A stretch of DNA of 64,000 bases. It comes from Octopus sinensis. Lineage: Eukaryota. Both the position numbers and the translations under genes were made by a program. Location of the stretch: positions 49,042,001 through 49,106,000 of the forward strand of contig NC_042999.1 of NCBI RefSeq assembly GCF_006345805.1, written 5' to 3'. The notes under the pieces were generated by a model. It did not search any database, was not told the DNA's origin, and worked only from the letters and a program-made list of their open reading frames with translations. Shown in pieces: positions 31,451 to 46,460 of the stretch; position 1 is the first letter of the stretch; each line of letters starts with the position of its first letter.

Positions 31451-32176
31451 CTCACACACACACTACACATGTTCTTTAGTTCTGAACACCAAACAAATTC
31501 ACTGAAAGCTTAATTTTATTTCTTTCCTAAACCATACTTGTTAAATAGATAAAAAGGAATGAAAGTTATACAGACAGACCAATAGGCTGATATCTGGCAT
31601 TGCATATTTATGAGGAAACAAGCTTAAATCTACACCGACCGTATAGGATGATATTGTTTTTTTCAGTCAGAGCCCTCTGTCGGAGTTACCATTCAACAAT
31701 ATGGCATTGACTGTCGTTGAAGCCGGAAAACTTTAATTTAAAGTCATTGCGTCCCTCTAAGTCCTGGTATTTCTGAAATTAACTTCACCTCCCTCTCGTG
31801 CCAAGCAAATAATCGCCATGATATATACAATATACAATTCAATCGATTATATAAGCTTTTGTGCAAAGTTGGTCTCATGCTTATTGAATATAATTCAATA
31901 TTACTTTCCATCAATTACTTAAGGTAAAAACACAATATATTTTCAATACTGAACTTCTACATTCACATTATCATAACGGGGGATTTCAAGTATATTTTCG
32001 GAGATCTTGTTCATGATATGAATAAATGAGGATACCTTCGAAGAAGCTATCATAGAAACATCATTCAAATGAATTAAACATGACGGTACGGAACATCACG
32101 TTGGAAGATATGTCTGCATGTTTGAATGTATACATACATACATTCACACACAGAAACACACACATATGGATATATA

Positions 32177-32260
<84 letters not shown>

Positions 32261-32271
32261 GAATATATATG

Positions 32272-32367
<96 letters not shown>

Positions 32368-33830
32368 ATACATATACATATGTGTATGTATGTACCGTCG
32401 AGACATGAGATAGAAACGTTATTTGAAGAAAATGTTATATGATCTTATAATGTAAAAAGTTGTACGGGAATTGCCTGTGCATTGTCAAACTGTAAGTTTT
32501 GCATCATAAATTTACATAATATTCCACTTGAAATATGACAATTTACCGGAAATGTGTTTAACCGAAATCGAAGTAGTTTGAAATTTGGCACATGAATAGT
32601 TATCTTATCTGAAATTCCTGATCCGTATGACGTTGACAAACATTGCGAAATGAAGAGGAAAACCGGTCTTATCTGGAGCTATTCTCGACATATAATAACT
32701 GCATCGAATATCGCATGAAAATCGGTCGGCAATTATAAAAATGTTTGCCATGTTATTTAGATTCCAATTCTGTCAGCGAAAATGTTTATCCACTACACTT
32801 CACCCAACAAATTTCAGATGTTAATTTTAGAATTGTCCGAAAGAATATTCTTATTCTGTTTTCTCTTTCTCTCTCTCTCTCTCCCTCACTCTCACCCTGT
32901 CTCTCTTTCTCTCCCTTTGTAAATTTCTAATGTTATTAAATTTGGAATTAATTAATATTGGATTTCTTATAAATACTTTTACTAGACATTCGTCGTTATA
33001 TAAGTCACATATTTCTTAATTTTTATCTCAATGTAATATTTTTTATGTTTCTGTCGGTAGTCATTTGTTTACGCAGTAACTTCATACAGTACGCAGCTTT
33101 TAAGCTAGTATTTATAAAATGCACATCACGTTTTAGTTTCCGACACTAATGTGTATTAGGAGGGTCGAAAATAACGCTTATATTGTCAGGTTGAAGCGAA
33201 GAGTCTAAAACTTTAACGCTTTGGCTGTTTCTGTTCGTCTAACGCCTTTTAAATAGTTAAGGCACCATGCAACTTTACAATTTCAGTTTATGTATGCTCA
33301 TTTATTGAGTTCATTTTCTGGACTAATTGTTAATACAAATCTGTAGTTGATATCAATAACATTTCATTTACATTTCGAATTCTGTCTTTTGTTTTTTGTT
33401 TTGTTTGTGTACGTCTTAATATAAACACATTAGCTTATTGCTTACTAAAACACCACATAAGCCATGAGTAAAAAAAAGTCACAGATTAGGTCTGCCCTCT
33501 GAAGTAGATGTAATGTGATGCCTTATTTTTCACTGGTCCCTGTTTCATAGGCACCTTGTGCTGAAATTAGTCGTTTGCTAGCATGTCGCTCAAGCATTAA
33601 TTCCCACAATATCTGAATATTTTGTCACATACTGAAGTAAGCAGTGGTTTTGTACGTGGTCATTTGAGTTACTAGAAATATCCGCCTAATTATCTTCACG
33701 TTATACCCACTACAGAAAATGGGAGGCACGTTGAACATGTGATATCGGACATACGAAGATAATTGATTGTCATGTGTGAAATATCTTCTATCACATGTTT
33801 TTCTCAATCATGATTACTTGGGGCCTGAAT

Positions 33831-33942
<112 letters not shown>

Positions 33943-34000
33943 GTATATATATATAATATATATATATGTATATATATATATGTATATGTATATATATATA

Positions 34001-34032
<32 letters not shown>

Positions 34033-34051
34033 GTATGTATATATATATATG

Positions 34052-34104
<53 letters not shown>

Positions 34105-34436
34105 AAATGATGAATCTAATTTTTTTATAACTTTTACCATAAGTTCCGAGTCTTCCTAAAATTTTATGACCTCTGCCCTTCCTTCTTTCACAAAGCCGTA
34201 TGAAGACAGGCATATATTATGAAGTAGCTTTTGATAATGTTAGTGTGAAACAATTCTAAATTATTATTGTCTGGGCTTGTTATTAACTTAGTACTGATTG
34301 GCTTATTTAGCGCAGTGTGACACACACAAACGTATAAAGCCATAATAATAAATGCACACACATACACACGCGATTGACATTCTTGAAGCTGACTTTCAAC
34401 TTGCGGTGGGTGGTGTAAAAGAAGAACAGCTCCTCG

Positions 34437-34492
<56 letters not shown>

Positions 34493-35194
34493 TTCCATTA
34501 TCATTTTATCGATTGTTGCTTCTCATCAAATGATAAACGAAATTAAAAGCCATTACATAAAAGATTGTTTTATCAGATAATCGATATTCCCGAAATTTAG
34601 ATGACATTGGCATGGTCATCAAGATTAAACAAATTTAGTTGAAAATCTAATATCTCCTGTGTAATAAATCTGGTAGAATCGAATGTCTGCACTAAATAAT
34701 CAAATAAAAATATACGCCATTTGTTGTTGTTTTCAATATCAGTGATATTTCTAATAACCACGTTAAACGAATGAAAATAACACGAAAGACAGAGGTAACT
34801 TTAAAAAAACAAACAATAAATATAATTACTATACATCAGAGTAAAAAATAATAGCCAGCGGTATGGAATGATACCATAGTTTACATGGTGTGTTACAAAT
34901 ACACTATGGATTGAAAATGGTACTTCTGAAAGCGTACGTCAATTTCTTTAGAAATAGTTAATTATCCTATAGTATTATTCCGCTCTTCTACGAATGTACC
35001 TGCAATGCCTAGATAAGTAAGATCAGTATATCATTATATAATTTAGCTTGTTAGAAAAGGTATCATCATCATCGTCGTTATGTTCGTTATTATTAAAATG
35101 TGGTGATATGTTAGAAACGTTAGCGGCCTTATACCTTTAGTAGAAAAGATTATTATTAATTATTATATTACTATTATTATTATTATTATTATTA

Positions 35195-35269
<75 letters not shown>

Positions 35270-35750
35270 GAGTGAGAGAGCAGGGCATGCCATCAAAGTG
35301 ACACTGGGGTAAAATATACGAAGCCCAGTATACCCATCATGACTACCTATCTGATAAGGGTACACCAGGCACATGCATCACAAATATATGTGCACGGCAT
35401 GGTGATCTCATATCAAAATAAACAGCACATGACCTTGCAGGTGGGGCACAGTTAGAATTTTCGTCTGGTCAAGTAGCCCATCCCGCTCAAAAGGTCCTTG
35501 AATAAGTGTTGTTTAAAGATGTTCGACGAAACACCCATGTTTCCAGAGGTGAATTAATCACACCCCAAAGAATCCCTCTCAACACATGGCTATGATGCTC
35601 CCCCACTACTTCTTCTCGTGATCAGAGATGCACATATCGTTAGCTACAAAGGGACATGCTCAACTGGTGAAGATCAAACAACTGACAAGCAAATCTGTGT
35701 TATTGAGCAGAATATTTGCTGTAGTCCATCTTTTATATCAAGACAAAACA
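35270..35750. mobile_element. Interspersed repeat fragment following an (ATT)n tract
   Basis: GC-richer non-coding island (gagtgagagagcagggcatgccatcaaagtgacactgggg…) sharply bounded by microsatellites; family not assignable by eye. Confidence 0.4.
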
Positions 35751-35912
35751 ATGTACATGATAACACTTCCAAACAGTGAAATCCTAAACACCCGCTCTTG
35801 TAAATTTTAGGAAATTTGAGGAAAAAAATAGTTGCCATGCAAACTCGCCAGCATTTTTAGATAGGTGTGCATATATATATATATAATATATATATATATA
35901 TATAATATATAT

Positions 35913-35960
<48 letters not shown>

Positions 35961-38887
35961 TATATACGCATTATATATATATACACACATATTGTATTAC
36001 ATGTCGGCTGTACCGTGTGTGTGGGTAAGTGTGAGTGTATGTATATATTTACAAATATGTTAATATGTATATGATAAAAGGTGAGGGAGAGAGACAGAGA
36101 GATTCTTTCAAAAACAATGGCGAAATCCAAATTGACAGCTTGAATTGTAATTAAACTTCACCAGGTTGATCACATCGATACAAACAATTGAAAAAAATCC
36201 CCATTCTCTCTGTCTCCTTTTCTTTTTCTTTCTTACTCTTTCCTTCTAGTTCCTTTCCCTTTTTTTTTCCTTCTCACTTTCTTTAAAAAACAAAATTGAC
36301 ATCTTGAAATGTCTATAAGCCTCAGTCACCTGTTAATCACAGACCGTCTCCAAATGCATTCACTCTTTCATTCAGCTTTCTGTAATTATTTCTGTCTTCT
36401 CTTTCTTCCTCTCCTCCTTTCCTTTCTCTTTTCTCTTTCTCTTTTTCTAAATAATACAAAAAACATCCTCTTTTTGATTTGATAAAAGGCAAAGAAAATC
36501 TCAGTAAAACTTATCTCAAGAGTCTCCATCAAGAGGACCATAGCATTAAGGAATTACCCCAAATTATGAGCAACTCCTTTTTCTTAATATGCATGTGTGA
36601 GTATGGTGTGTGTTTGTGTATGTGTGAGCGCGCATGCGCGCGTGTGTATACATATACAGTATATTTTGCGTTTATAGTTAGATGTATGACAGCAATATAT
36701 TTAAATCTCCCCATGTAGCGATTATATGTATGCATATATAAATACAATAAATTTTGGTATTTTTTTAAATCTCACAGGATTTTGCTTAATTGGAATGTTT
36801 CTTTATTCAGTATACGCTTCCCTTTAATCTCTTTATTTAGGTGAACTCTTATTTTCTAAATCCAGAATATTCAGAAATGTTATGCCACTGTTATTTGAAA
36901 TCCCAATGGCTTGACGTAAGGCATAATATCATTTTTAGAATTATGTCCATGTCTGTTTTGTAAAAGCAAACTGTCAATTAGATACAAAATAATTTTATGA
37001 ATGAAAACTTTCATTTTGAGTAATTTATATAAGTCAACTTCCGCAGATCTGTTTGATCTCATGCTAATTACAATGTGTGAGTTAATGTATTTTTTGGACC
37101 TTTGCTGTTAGAAAAGATCAGTTTCTTTACATTTATAGTAGTTTTACAGAATAGTAGGGGTTGTACGAGGGGTTGTATAGTTTCGATTGTGGACGATGTC
37201 TCACTGAAAATAGAGCCGGCCCACGTAAGTGTATTCGAAAGTATTTTAGGGTTAAGAGAAGCATAAAAGTAACATAAGTCTAAGTATAATAAAACACGCT
37301 GTTTACAGTAAATTTATCATGGCTTTCGTTTTCCATAGTGACTCATATTTCATACTACGTACAATAGAATGTATCTTTTTGCTAATTAAGGCTATGTCAA
37401 ATTTTGATTAGTGGATCAATCTCGTAGAAGGACATTGCAATACATTTCGTTCGGTATTTGCAGACTTAAAGTATGATTCGTCAGTCTTAAGAGCGTCTAT
37501 TCTATAATTCATTACCATTCTTGTATCTAAGTTTTTAGCTACAGCAGTAACTGCCTATATATTTGTAAGCGTATAACACAAAAATACGCAGACACACTCA
37601 CTCACATACTCATAAACATTTAAGACACACACTCACAACACACACAGATATATAAATCGTGCGTGCGTGTTAGTCAGTTGGTTGTTCCGCATTATCATTG
37701 TAACTAAATTTTGAATATATAGAGTTAGGTATTGTTTTCTGTATTAAATTGCATAATAAGTGTACAGTGTATATGAGAAAGACAAATACTGCATTCCAAT
37801 AATCAAATATACGATTTTTGCATACAAATACTTATATTTCTGTCTCTAAAACAAGACAAATTTCATTAAATAGTTATTTGCATGAGCATATGATGTTTTA
37901 TAATTCAGATTTTGCAACATGTTTTAAGCAGAGATGAGTTATACTTGAAATGTACTATTAGTCCAATCATAAATATGACGCAATTAAACTGCAAATCCAG
38001 TTGTTGAGTCAGTTGCGATAATAACAAGTAAATCAATTACTAAATGCTAAAATATGTAGGCTAATCTAATAAGTTACAATGCGAGAGTAAACTAAAAGGA
38101 AAAGATATTTTAATCGAACTACACATGGAGCAAAATATCAGATTCCGAAAATCAGATATTTTATCATATTTTAGAACTCTTAATCAAGTTAATTTTAGAG
38201 TAAATTTCTTGATGTAGAGATAACAATTCTCAACTAATGCACTTCCATAAGCAGCTGAATCTATAGAACGTTGATCCTAATGTTTAACAATGTATAATTT
38301 TGATATGATTCCAGAAATATACGACATACATTTACTTCAACTCATGGTGAAATCTTTGTCTTGCATTAAGGCTGTCATGGCATTCATTTTGTAAGCGTCA
38401 GGTTCCGGATTCAGTTCTACAATGTGGGACCTTTGATACGAACTTCTTTTAATATATTTGAGTTTACCAACATCTTAAGGCTGTTGACGGTCGGTCTCTC
38501 TTTATATGTGTCAGAGTAGGCCAACGATGTGTTCCATTATATCTCATATATTAAACTTTTACTGAGGCATAAAATAATCACTGATCTATTTGAAAAAATG
38601 TCATCCCTAACTCAAGAAACAGATCACCACTTTGGCCTAAATCATGCAAAACTTTAGTGGGATTCATAAAGCCTGCTTAAGGTTTTACAAAGCTTAGTGT
38701 GCTGACTCAATGCAATGCAGAAATATTATATCTTAAATTCCAGGACTCTAGATGAAGTACTTTCGGTTATAATCACTAGGTGGCACTAGATTCAGACTTC
38801 AGTATTTCCGCTGCTTAAATCCTTGTAAACGGAAGAGAGATGTGGAATAAAAGTGTAATTATATTCAAAAGTCAAGTCATAACCCTA

Positions 38888-38957
<70 letters not shown>

Positions 38958-39075
38958 AAATAGTAAAAAGTGAAAAAACTACAGAAGGCTTGTTTTAAAA
39001 GGTTAAAAAATATATATTTGTGTCAATATGTCAGAAGAATGTTATAAATTTTTTTCATACAATGACATAGTGTAG

Positions 39076-39115
39076 AAGAAATGACCGGTTTCGCGTTCAG
39101 CTTTTCAAATTTCTT
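39076..39115 (-). ncRNA. Minimal type I hammerhead ribozyme motif (U3:A8 variant) in the Penelope 3' arm
   Basis: Minus strand: AAGAAAU [stem I] UUGAAAA [core] GC-UGAAC-GC [stem II] GAAA CCGG UC [palindromic stem III ACCGGU, GUC site] AUUUCUU [stem I', 7/7 bp]. Predicted cleavage between 39083 and 39082. Confidence 0.75.
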
Positions 39116-39770
39116 AAAACGTTATGTTTACGTTGAGCGGTGATCTAGATAATAAGTGATTTCTTCCGGTGTAAGGGAGATAATCGCTTAAAATTATTTG
39201 CCTTTCTTTTGGATTGAGTTTCTCTGTATAAGTATATTAGAATGGTTAAGTTTGGGCTTGTATTGTTCAATGAAGAATGTTTCCTTGTTTAGTCTAATTT
39301 GTGTTGGTGTTCCGATAGCACATTGGTAGAATGGAAAGATTAGAAATTGTGGTAGTAGTTGCTTTGCGCATTTCTCAATGTGCTCACTAAAGGGTATCAT
39401 TCTGTATTCTGAGAATGCAATCTGTTGTCGATGTAGTGTGCATCTACGTCTGAGTGATAGTCCCGTGGATCCCACGTAGTCTTGGTGGCAGCCCGAGCAT
39501 TTTATGACATAAATTATGTTTTCAGAGGCATAAGTAAAATTAGATTTGATCTTGAATTTCTGTCCCTCTTTGAAGAGGAATTCTGATCCTTCTAGCAGGT
39601 TTGGACATGTTGCACAGTTCGGTCTACCACATTTTTTTTACTTTTCCAACATATTTATACAGAGAAACTCAATCCAAAAGAAAAGCAAATAATTTTAAGC
39701 GATTATCTCCCTTACACCGGAAGAAATCACTTATTTTCTAGATTACCGCTTAATGTAAACATAACGTTTT

Positions 39771-39810
39771 TAGAAATTTGAAAAGCTGAACGCGAAACCG
39801 GTCATTTATT
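39771..39810 (+). ncRNA. Second copy of the same hammerhead motif in the inverted arm (weaker stem I)
   Basis: Plus strand: UAGAAAU UUGAAAA GC-UGAAC-GC GAAA CCGG UC AUUUAUU. Core, stem II and stem III are identical to the 39076 copy; stem I is only 4 contiguous bp. Confidence 0.62.
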
Positions 39811-39863
39811 CTATACTATGTCATTGTATGAAAAAAAATTATAACATTCTTCAGACATATTGA

Positions 39864-40122
<259 letters not shown>

Positions 40123-40412
40123 TACATAAATGCCGAACAAAGGGAATGAGTGCTCAACACCGCATTGTTGGAGAAAATATCTTTATATTTATATTGAGGT
40201 TACCATTGGTGTCATGTTAATCAATATATCTTAATATCTTAACAAATGTTCAAGCCCATCACGCAGTGGAATGGTGTTCGTTGTGGTTAGCTTGAGAGAG
40301 TAAGATATTAACAAATTTTTCTTAACATGGAACCAATGATAGTCTTCATACACAGATATATACATATATAAGTGTGTTTGCGTGTGTGTGTGTGTGTGTC
40401 TGCCTGTGTATG

Positions 40413-40472
<60 letters not shown>

Positions 40473-41529
40473 GAAGTCAAATCAAATGGTGATATTAGAA
40501 TTCAATTCAGACGTACATTTTAAACCTGCGCAATACATAATAGGAAATGTATCGATAACCAAAGACCTTTCTCAATTAGCTCATAAATATATACATATAA
40601 TGATGCATTTGAGAGATAACTGCATGTGATTTATAAAGAGAAGAGTGTACGATGAGATTCTACACACGGTCTCATCCATCTGCTGATCGAAATAGTCTCA
40701 AATGCCATATCGTCCACAATCATTGCAATCAAATATAATGTAACTATGCTTGTAATCGTTGAGAAGCATCTCGTTATATGTAGTTTTCTTTTGCCGCTCG
40801 CTAATATAGAGCTGTTATTCCGGATCAGATTAAATAAACTGAGCGCAAACGAAGCTAGAATTAATTGTTTGACTGAAAGTCACAGACTAATTATCGGTGG
40901 TTTCTGGTTCGTTGATCTTCCGTTGACTAATATTTATCTGCAGGAAATAACTCTGACTTACCGGCGGGAAAATATAAACAATAATTAAATGAATAATCAA
41001 AAACCTTCAACCAAATCAACGCAGAATCGTAAATAAAATCAAGAATGATATTGAGCTGATTCCAAGGTTGGCAAAAGACAAATATTTGACAGAGATTTTA
41101 ATGTATTTACATATGATTTTTATAATCTCATTAGTTTCTTTTAAAGTGATAGACTTTCAAATATAAGTTGATGTGAACTAAAATTTTAAAACCCAGTGTT
41201 TCTGACGCATGAACCAGCATATATGCGTGTTTGCATTTGTGTATGTACGTATGAGTGTGTGTGTGTGTGTGTGTGTGCACGAATGTAATTTCCAGTATGC
41301 CTGTACATGTGTGTGTGCTCACGCATGCGTTTACATAAAGTACGAATACAGAATTAATTCAACATAACTTAAGTCGTAATTATTTCGTTACCATCCCGTT
41401 TCTGATGTCATAGCAAGAAATGTTACGCAATATGCGCGTTTGATTTTCTACGAATGTCGCTTCATCAGACTAGCAAGAAGTCCCGCGCACTTGCCTTGTA
41501 CGTATGCATAATACATACATACATACATA

Positions 41530-41845
41530 CATACGTGCATAAACTCGACTCCGTCGGTCACGAATGATTATGGGTGCACCTAAGAGGTTCCCCTTTGGGG
41601 TACAAGTCTGGGCCGAAACTCGCCTCACCGGCGAACACACAACCTAGGGACATTTTTTTATAGAAAACCAGCTTATGCATACCAGCCTCCCCTCTTCATG
41701 CAACTGACGTTATCCAACGGAAGGGCAAAGGCCGATACAGATTGGCACCAGTGACGTCGCAACTCATTCCTACAGCTGAATGAACTGGAGCAACGTGAAA
41801 AGAAGTGTCTTGCTCAAAAGCGCAACACGCAACCCGGTCCGGGAA
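41530..41845 (-). mobile_element. SINE body (5' head interrupted by microsatellite)
   Basis: GC-richer repeat-type block (…cagctgaatgaactggagcaacgtgaaaagaagtgtcttgctc…acccggtccggga) typical of the reverse strand of a tRNA-derived SINE; bounded by microsatellites. Confidence 0.55.
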
Positions 41846-41870
41846 TATATATATGTATAAATATATATAT

Positions 41871-41932
<62 letters not shown>

Positions 41933-42760
41933 GGGAGAGAGAGAGAGAGAGACAGACAGAGAGACAGAGACAGAGACAGACAGACAGACAGACGGACGGA
42001 CGGACGGACGGACAGTGAGACAGATCGATAGATAAGTTGAAAGATAAGTAGTTAGATAGATAGATAGATATATGAACACACACATGTGTGCTTATGGATA
42101 GACAAATTCATAAATACACATAAAACCACACGTAATCCATATACATGTACGTGTGTGCAATCCATTCTAACTGAGAACTTCTTTATCTGGTGTTGAGAAT
42201 TCAATATTAGTTGACAATACACACTTCCAAAACCCTTTTATATAATTTCCGCACTAAAGCCTTCAATGATATTTTTCCAATAAAAATTTATATCTGTTAC
42301 TCATATATAAATAACCAATTTTTATAAGACAAACAGACCATTACTGTTTTTGTTGTTTCAGACTGTGGACTATAGCTATTGTAGGATACCAGATGAAGAA
42401 TTTATTGGATTGAAGCGACCCCATAGCTTATCTAGTAAATCTACATTTGCTATTTTCGGTCTTATTCTATCGCACTCGTTTTACTGAACCCCTATGATAC
42501 ATAGATTTATATGAACGAATACCAATTTTAAGATGTAGTCAACCTAATGATAATACAGCAAAACTCACACACACACACATACACACACACTCATACACAT
42601 TCAACGAGTTTCTGTTTCATTGTACCGAATTAACTAAAAAAAATGAACGGTCGGTCCTCGTCTATCATACACAACGACAGGTTGTCGTGCATTGAAACTG
42701 AACACAAAACCTTTTGGTTTCAAAATAGATTTCTTCAATACCATGCTATATATTTCATTT

Positions 42761-43165
42761 TTGCCCACAAGGGGCCAAACATAGAGGGGGCAAACAAGCA
42801 CTGATAAAGGGATTAAGTCGATTATATCGACCCCAGTGCATAACTGGTTCTTAATTTATCGACTCCGAAAGGATGAAAGGCAAAGTCGACCTTGGCGGAA
42901 TTTGAACTCAGAACGTAACGGCAGACGAAATACCTATTTCTTTACTACCCACAAGGGGCTAAACACAGAGAGGACAAACAAGGACAAGCAAACGGATTAA
43001 GTCGATTATATCGACCCCAGTGCGTAACTGGTACTTATTTAATCGACCCCGAAATGATGAAAGGCAAAATCGATCTCGGTGGAATTTGAACTCAGAGCGT
43101 AACGGCAGACGAAATACCGCAAAGCATTTCGCCTGGGGCGCTAACGTTTCTGCCAGCTCGCCACC
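42761..43165 (-). mobile_element. Nested/duplicated copies of an abundant SINE-like family (ggcgagctggcagaaacgttag…ggtcgatataatcgac…)
   Basis: Two tandem partial copies (42765-42935 and 42945-43165). The same family recurs at 8214-8395(+), 11280-11445(+), 44635-45005(+), 45085-45295(-) and 61870-62050(-). Confidence 0.7.
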
Positions 43166-44634
43166 TTTCTTCAATGTCATGCTATAACTGTGTGTATCAT
43201 AGAAAATAGTTTAGTAACTGCATTAAATAACAGCATATTTGCCGAATGTACAGTTTATATATTTTGTTTTGTGTATATATTATCGACAGTAATAGCTTTA
43301 TCAAACCTTCGATAACCTTTTTGTTTCAATGTAAGGATGATTTAATTACGATTTTATGTGGCATATAAAGAAACATTTTAATGAAAGGATTAATTTGGGA
43401 AATGAAACCAATGAATTTCCCAGGAATAAAAGTATTAGACTAAGGATGGGTAGAGGAAAAAAAGGAGAATTTGAAGAAAAGAAAGAGGGCGATATGATGG
43501 TGGAAATGAGGAAGAAAGTAAAAACATTATATCAGTCAGAAACGTTCAACATTTTTGGTTGCTTAAGTGGGTAAAACTTAATGTAGAAAATTAGTGGCTT
43601 TATTCAATCACTTATATAAACACAGAAGTAAGAATTTAAATTTTTATAGAAACACAGTAAATACAATTGTTTTCTGTCAAACATGACCGCTCTGAGACTA
43701 GCGTTTATGAAAGCTCACCGCCTGGAGCCGGCTCTGAAATACTATTACTTTTCTAACGAACTCTAGACTCCAGTTACTTACAATGTGATAAAAATCAAGG
43801 AGCAAATAATACCTAATGCATAACCACTCACGCCTTTTCTTTACGTGATTACGAGAGGTAATACTGTTGTACCAGCCCACGTGCTATTTCGGAAAGATCA
43901 TTTTCTCAAGGTAAGTTCGTTCCTCTTGCACATCAATGGTAATATGGTGACCTTTTCACTGGATTTCAATGAAAGCCCTAGCTTATCACTGCTGGCCATT
44001 TATATCTCCCTGAAAGCAGAGCGATCAGATATGGATTTTTTTCGTGTGTCAAGAAGCCTTTTTCAGAATATCTTTCTCATTAGTAGAACAGCAGTTCCAC
44101 GTATAATTGGGTTCCGGTTAGCAACCGGTTCTATGATGAAATGCGCCAGTTTCCTTCCACAAGGAATGGCGATTACTTGTGTTTGTCAGCGTGCTATGGA
44201 TGAATATGTTGCATATGAGGTGAGCGTTAAACGAGTCAGCACAGTGAGAACATTCTCTAACGAAGCTTGCATCCGAAGGGATGTTTACAAGTGTTTATTG
44301 GAAAATGATTGAGTACACAAGTTTGAGAAGTCTGAATGCATTTACCCTTTTCTAGACAGGTGCAAAGAAAATTGGAAATTATTTTTAATTCTTTTCATGA
44401 GAAAGAATGATCTCAGGCACCTACCATTGGAGATGCACTAACGCTCTTTTCGTATCTCCATTTTGTTGTTGATTACCTGTATTTTTACATTATATAAGCC
44501 TACTTTTTTTATGATATTTCCATTGTCCCCAACGTTCTTGGGGTTTCTCGAAGACAGTAAAAGAAATTATTGTTCTTTTCTTTTCTACTCTAGGCACAAA
44601 GCCCAAGAAGAAATTATTATTAGTATTGTTATTA

Positions 44635-45005
44635 TTGCACGCCGGGCGAAAAGCTTAGCGGTATTTCGTCTGCCGCTACGTTCTGAGTTCAAATTCCGCC
44701 GAGGTCGACTTTGCCTTTCATCCTTTCGGGGTCGATTAAATAAGTACTAGTTACCCACTGGGGTCGATATAATCGACTTAATCCGTTTGTCTGTCCTTGT
44801 TTGTCCTCTCTGTGTTTAGCCCCTTGTGAGTAGTAAAGAAATAGGTATTTCGACCGTCTTTAGCTTATGAGTTCAAATTCCACCGAAGAAGACTTTGCCT
44901 TTTATCTTTTCGAGGTCGATAAAATAAGTACAAGTTGAGAACTTGGGTCGATGTAATCGACTGAACCCCTCCCTCAAATTTCAGGCCTTGTGCCTATTGT
45001 AGAAA
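44635..45005 (+). mobile_element. SINE-like family copy (composite)
   Basis: cttagcggtatttcgtctgccgctacgttctgagttcaaattccgccgaggtcgactttgcc…ggggtcgatataatcgac…; reverse complement of the 42761 block; ends in an (ATT)n tail. Confidence 0.7.
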
Positions 45006-45007
45006 GA

Positions 45008-45079
<72 letters not shown>

Positions 45080-45345
45080 ACAATGCTTTGTACTGTAGGT
45101 ACAAGGCATGGAATTTAGGGGATGAGGCTAGTCGATTACAACGACCCCAGATTTCAACTGGAGCTCATTTTATCGACTTCGAAAGAATGAAAGGCAAAGT
45201 CAACCGCGGCGGAATTTGAACTCAAAATACAGAGTCGGACAAAATGCTGCTAAACATCTTGCCCGGGATGCTAACAATACGGGCAGCTCACCGCCTTACT
45301 AATGATAATGATGATGATGATGACGACGACGAATACGACGATGAC

Positions 45346-45402
<57 letters not shown>

Positions 45403-45404
<2 letters not shown>

Positions 45405-46415
45405 GACCACAAATTCAGCCGTGTTAGATGTTGACACAGTCATAAGAGAGCTTGAGCAAGAACAAACATACAAATATTTAGGGATAAATGAAGGCTCTGG
45501 TATTCAGCATGCAAGCATGAAAGAGAAGATCAGGAAGGAATGTTATAGGAGAGTTCGTGCAGTCCTGAAATCTGAACTAAATGCACGTAACAAGGTGTTA
45601 GCTATAAATTCCTTAGCAGTTCCAGTTGTTACTTATAGCTACAATGTGTTGAACTGGAATATGAGTGAAGTAAAAAATATAGATAGGAAAATACGCAAGC
45701 TGCTGAGTTGTAATAGGATGCACCACCCAAAGGCAGACGTAGATCGCCTTTACCTTCCCAGAGCCCAAGGAGGTCGAGGCCTGATCCAATTTGAACTAGG
45801 CATTACAATATCAAAACTGCCGACAAGTGGTATAATCACCACCCTGAGGCTGTAACTGAAGGAGAAAATGTAACCATTCTGTGGGACTTTCCAGTACATA
45901 CAGACCGAACCATCAAGGCCAATAAACCAGATATTGTTGTGAAAGACCAAAACAATAAAGTTTGTTTATTGATCGACATGAGCATCCCCTGTGATCATAA
46001 TATATCAGCGAAAGAGTTTGACAAGCTCAGAAAATATAAAGACCTACTCATTGAAATTGAGAAAATGTGGCATCTCAAGGCGGTTACAATACCAGTGATC
46101 GTAGGAGCACTAGGAATGATCAAGAAGAGAACCGAAAATTATATGAGAATGATCCCTGGCTTACCATCCCTGCAAGAAGTGAGTGCAAAAGATTGTCTTA
46201 ACTGGTACATCACACGTATTGAGAAGAGCATTGTCGATGTGAGAACTGTTGCTGCTCATGTATTTTAATTTAACTTAAAAAAAAAATAATAAATAAAATG
46301 AACGAACTATTGAGTTTGGTTTAATGGCCTACCAATGTATACTATGAGTTTCTTTGCCCTAGGAGTCGGGAAGACACCCGGCAAGAAATGGAAGCAAATT
46401 TGAAAGAAGAAAAAA
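45403..46415 (+). mobile_element. 5'-truncated, internally deleted RLE-type non-LTR retrotransposon (R4/Dong-like)
   Basis: RT C-terminal motifs YKYLGI, RNKVLAINSLAVPVVTYS, HHPKADVDRLYLPRAQGGRGLIQ. Jumps at ~45798 to RHYNIKTADKWYNHHPE...WDFPVHTDRTIKANKPDIVV...LIDMSIPCD...KYKDL...IPVIVGALG. (AAT)n tracts immediately before (45349-45402) and after (~46418-46460). Confidence 0.88.
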
Positions 46416-46416
46416 A

Positions 46417-46460
<44 letters not shown>

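Noticed and set aside
31687-31775. AG…GT-bounded open minus-strand segment (KYQDLEGRNDF…NDSQCHIVE)
   Set aside because: No nAChR motifs, and the donor phase/sequence does not fit the expected upstream exon ending in LYN; likely chance.
40955-41120. Strong minus-strand donor CCG|GTAAGT near 40961 as a possible nAChR exon 1
   Set aside because: No ATG-initiated open frame leads into it in any phase.
43690-44340. 155-aa plus-strand ORF (43845-44312) and broken minus-strand peptides (FIIEPV…, EKMIFP…GW)
   Set aside because: The plus ORF has no recognisable domain. Minus frames are full of stops and give only vague, conflicting resemblance to Gypsy RT or Helitron proteins; probably a decayed TE, class not supportable without a profile search.
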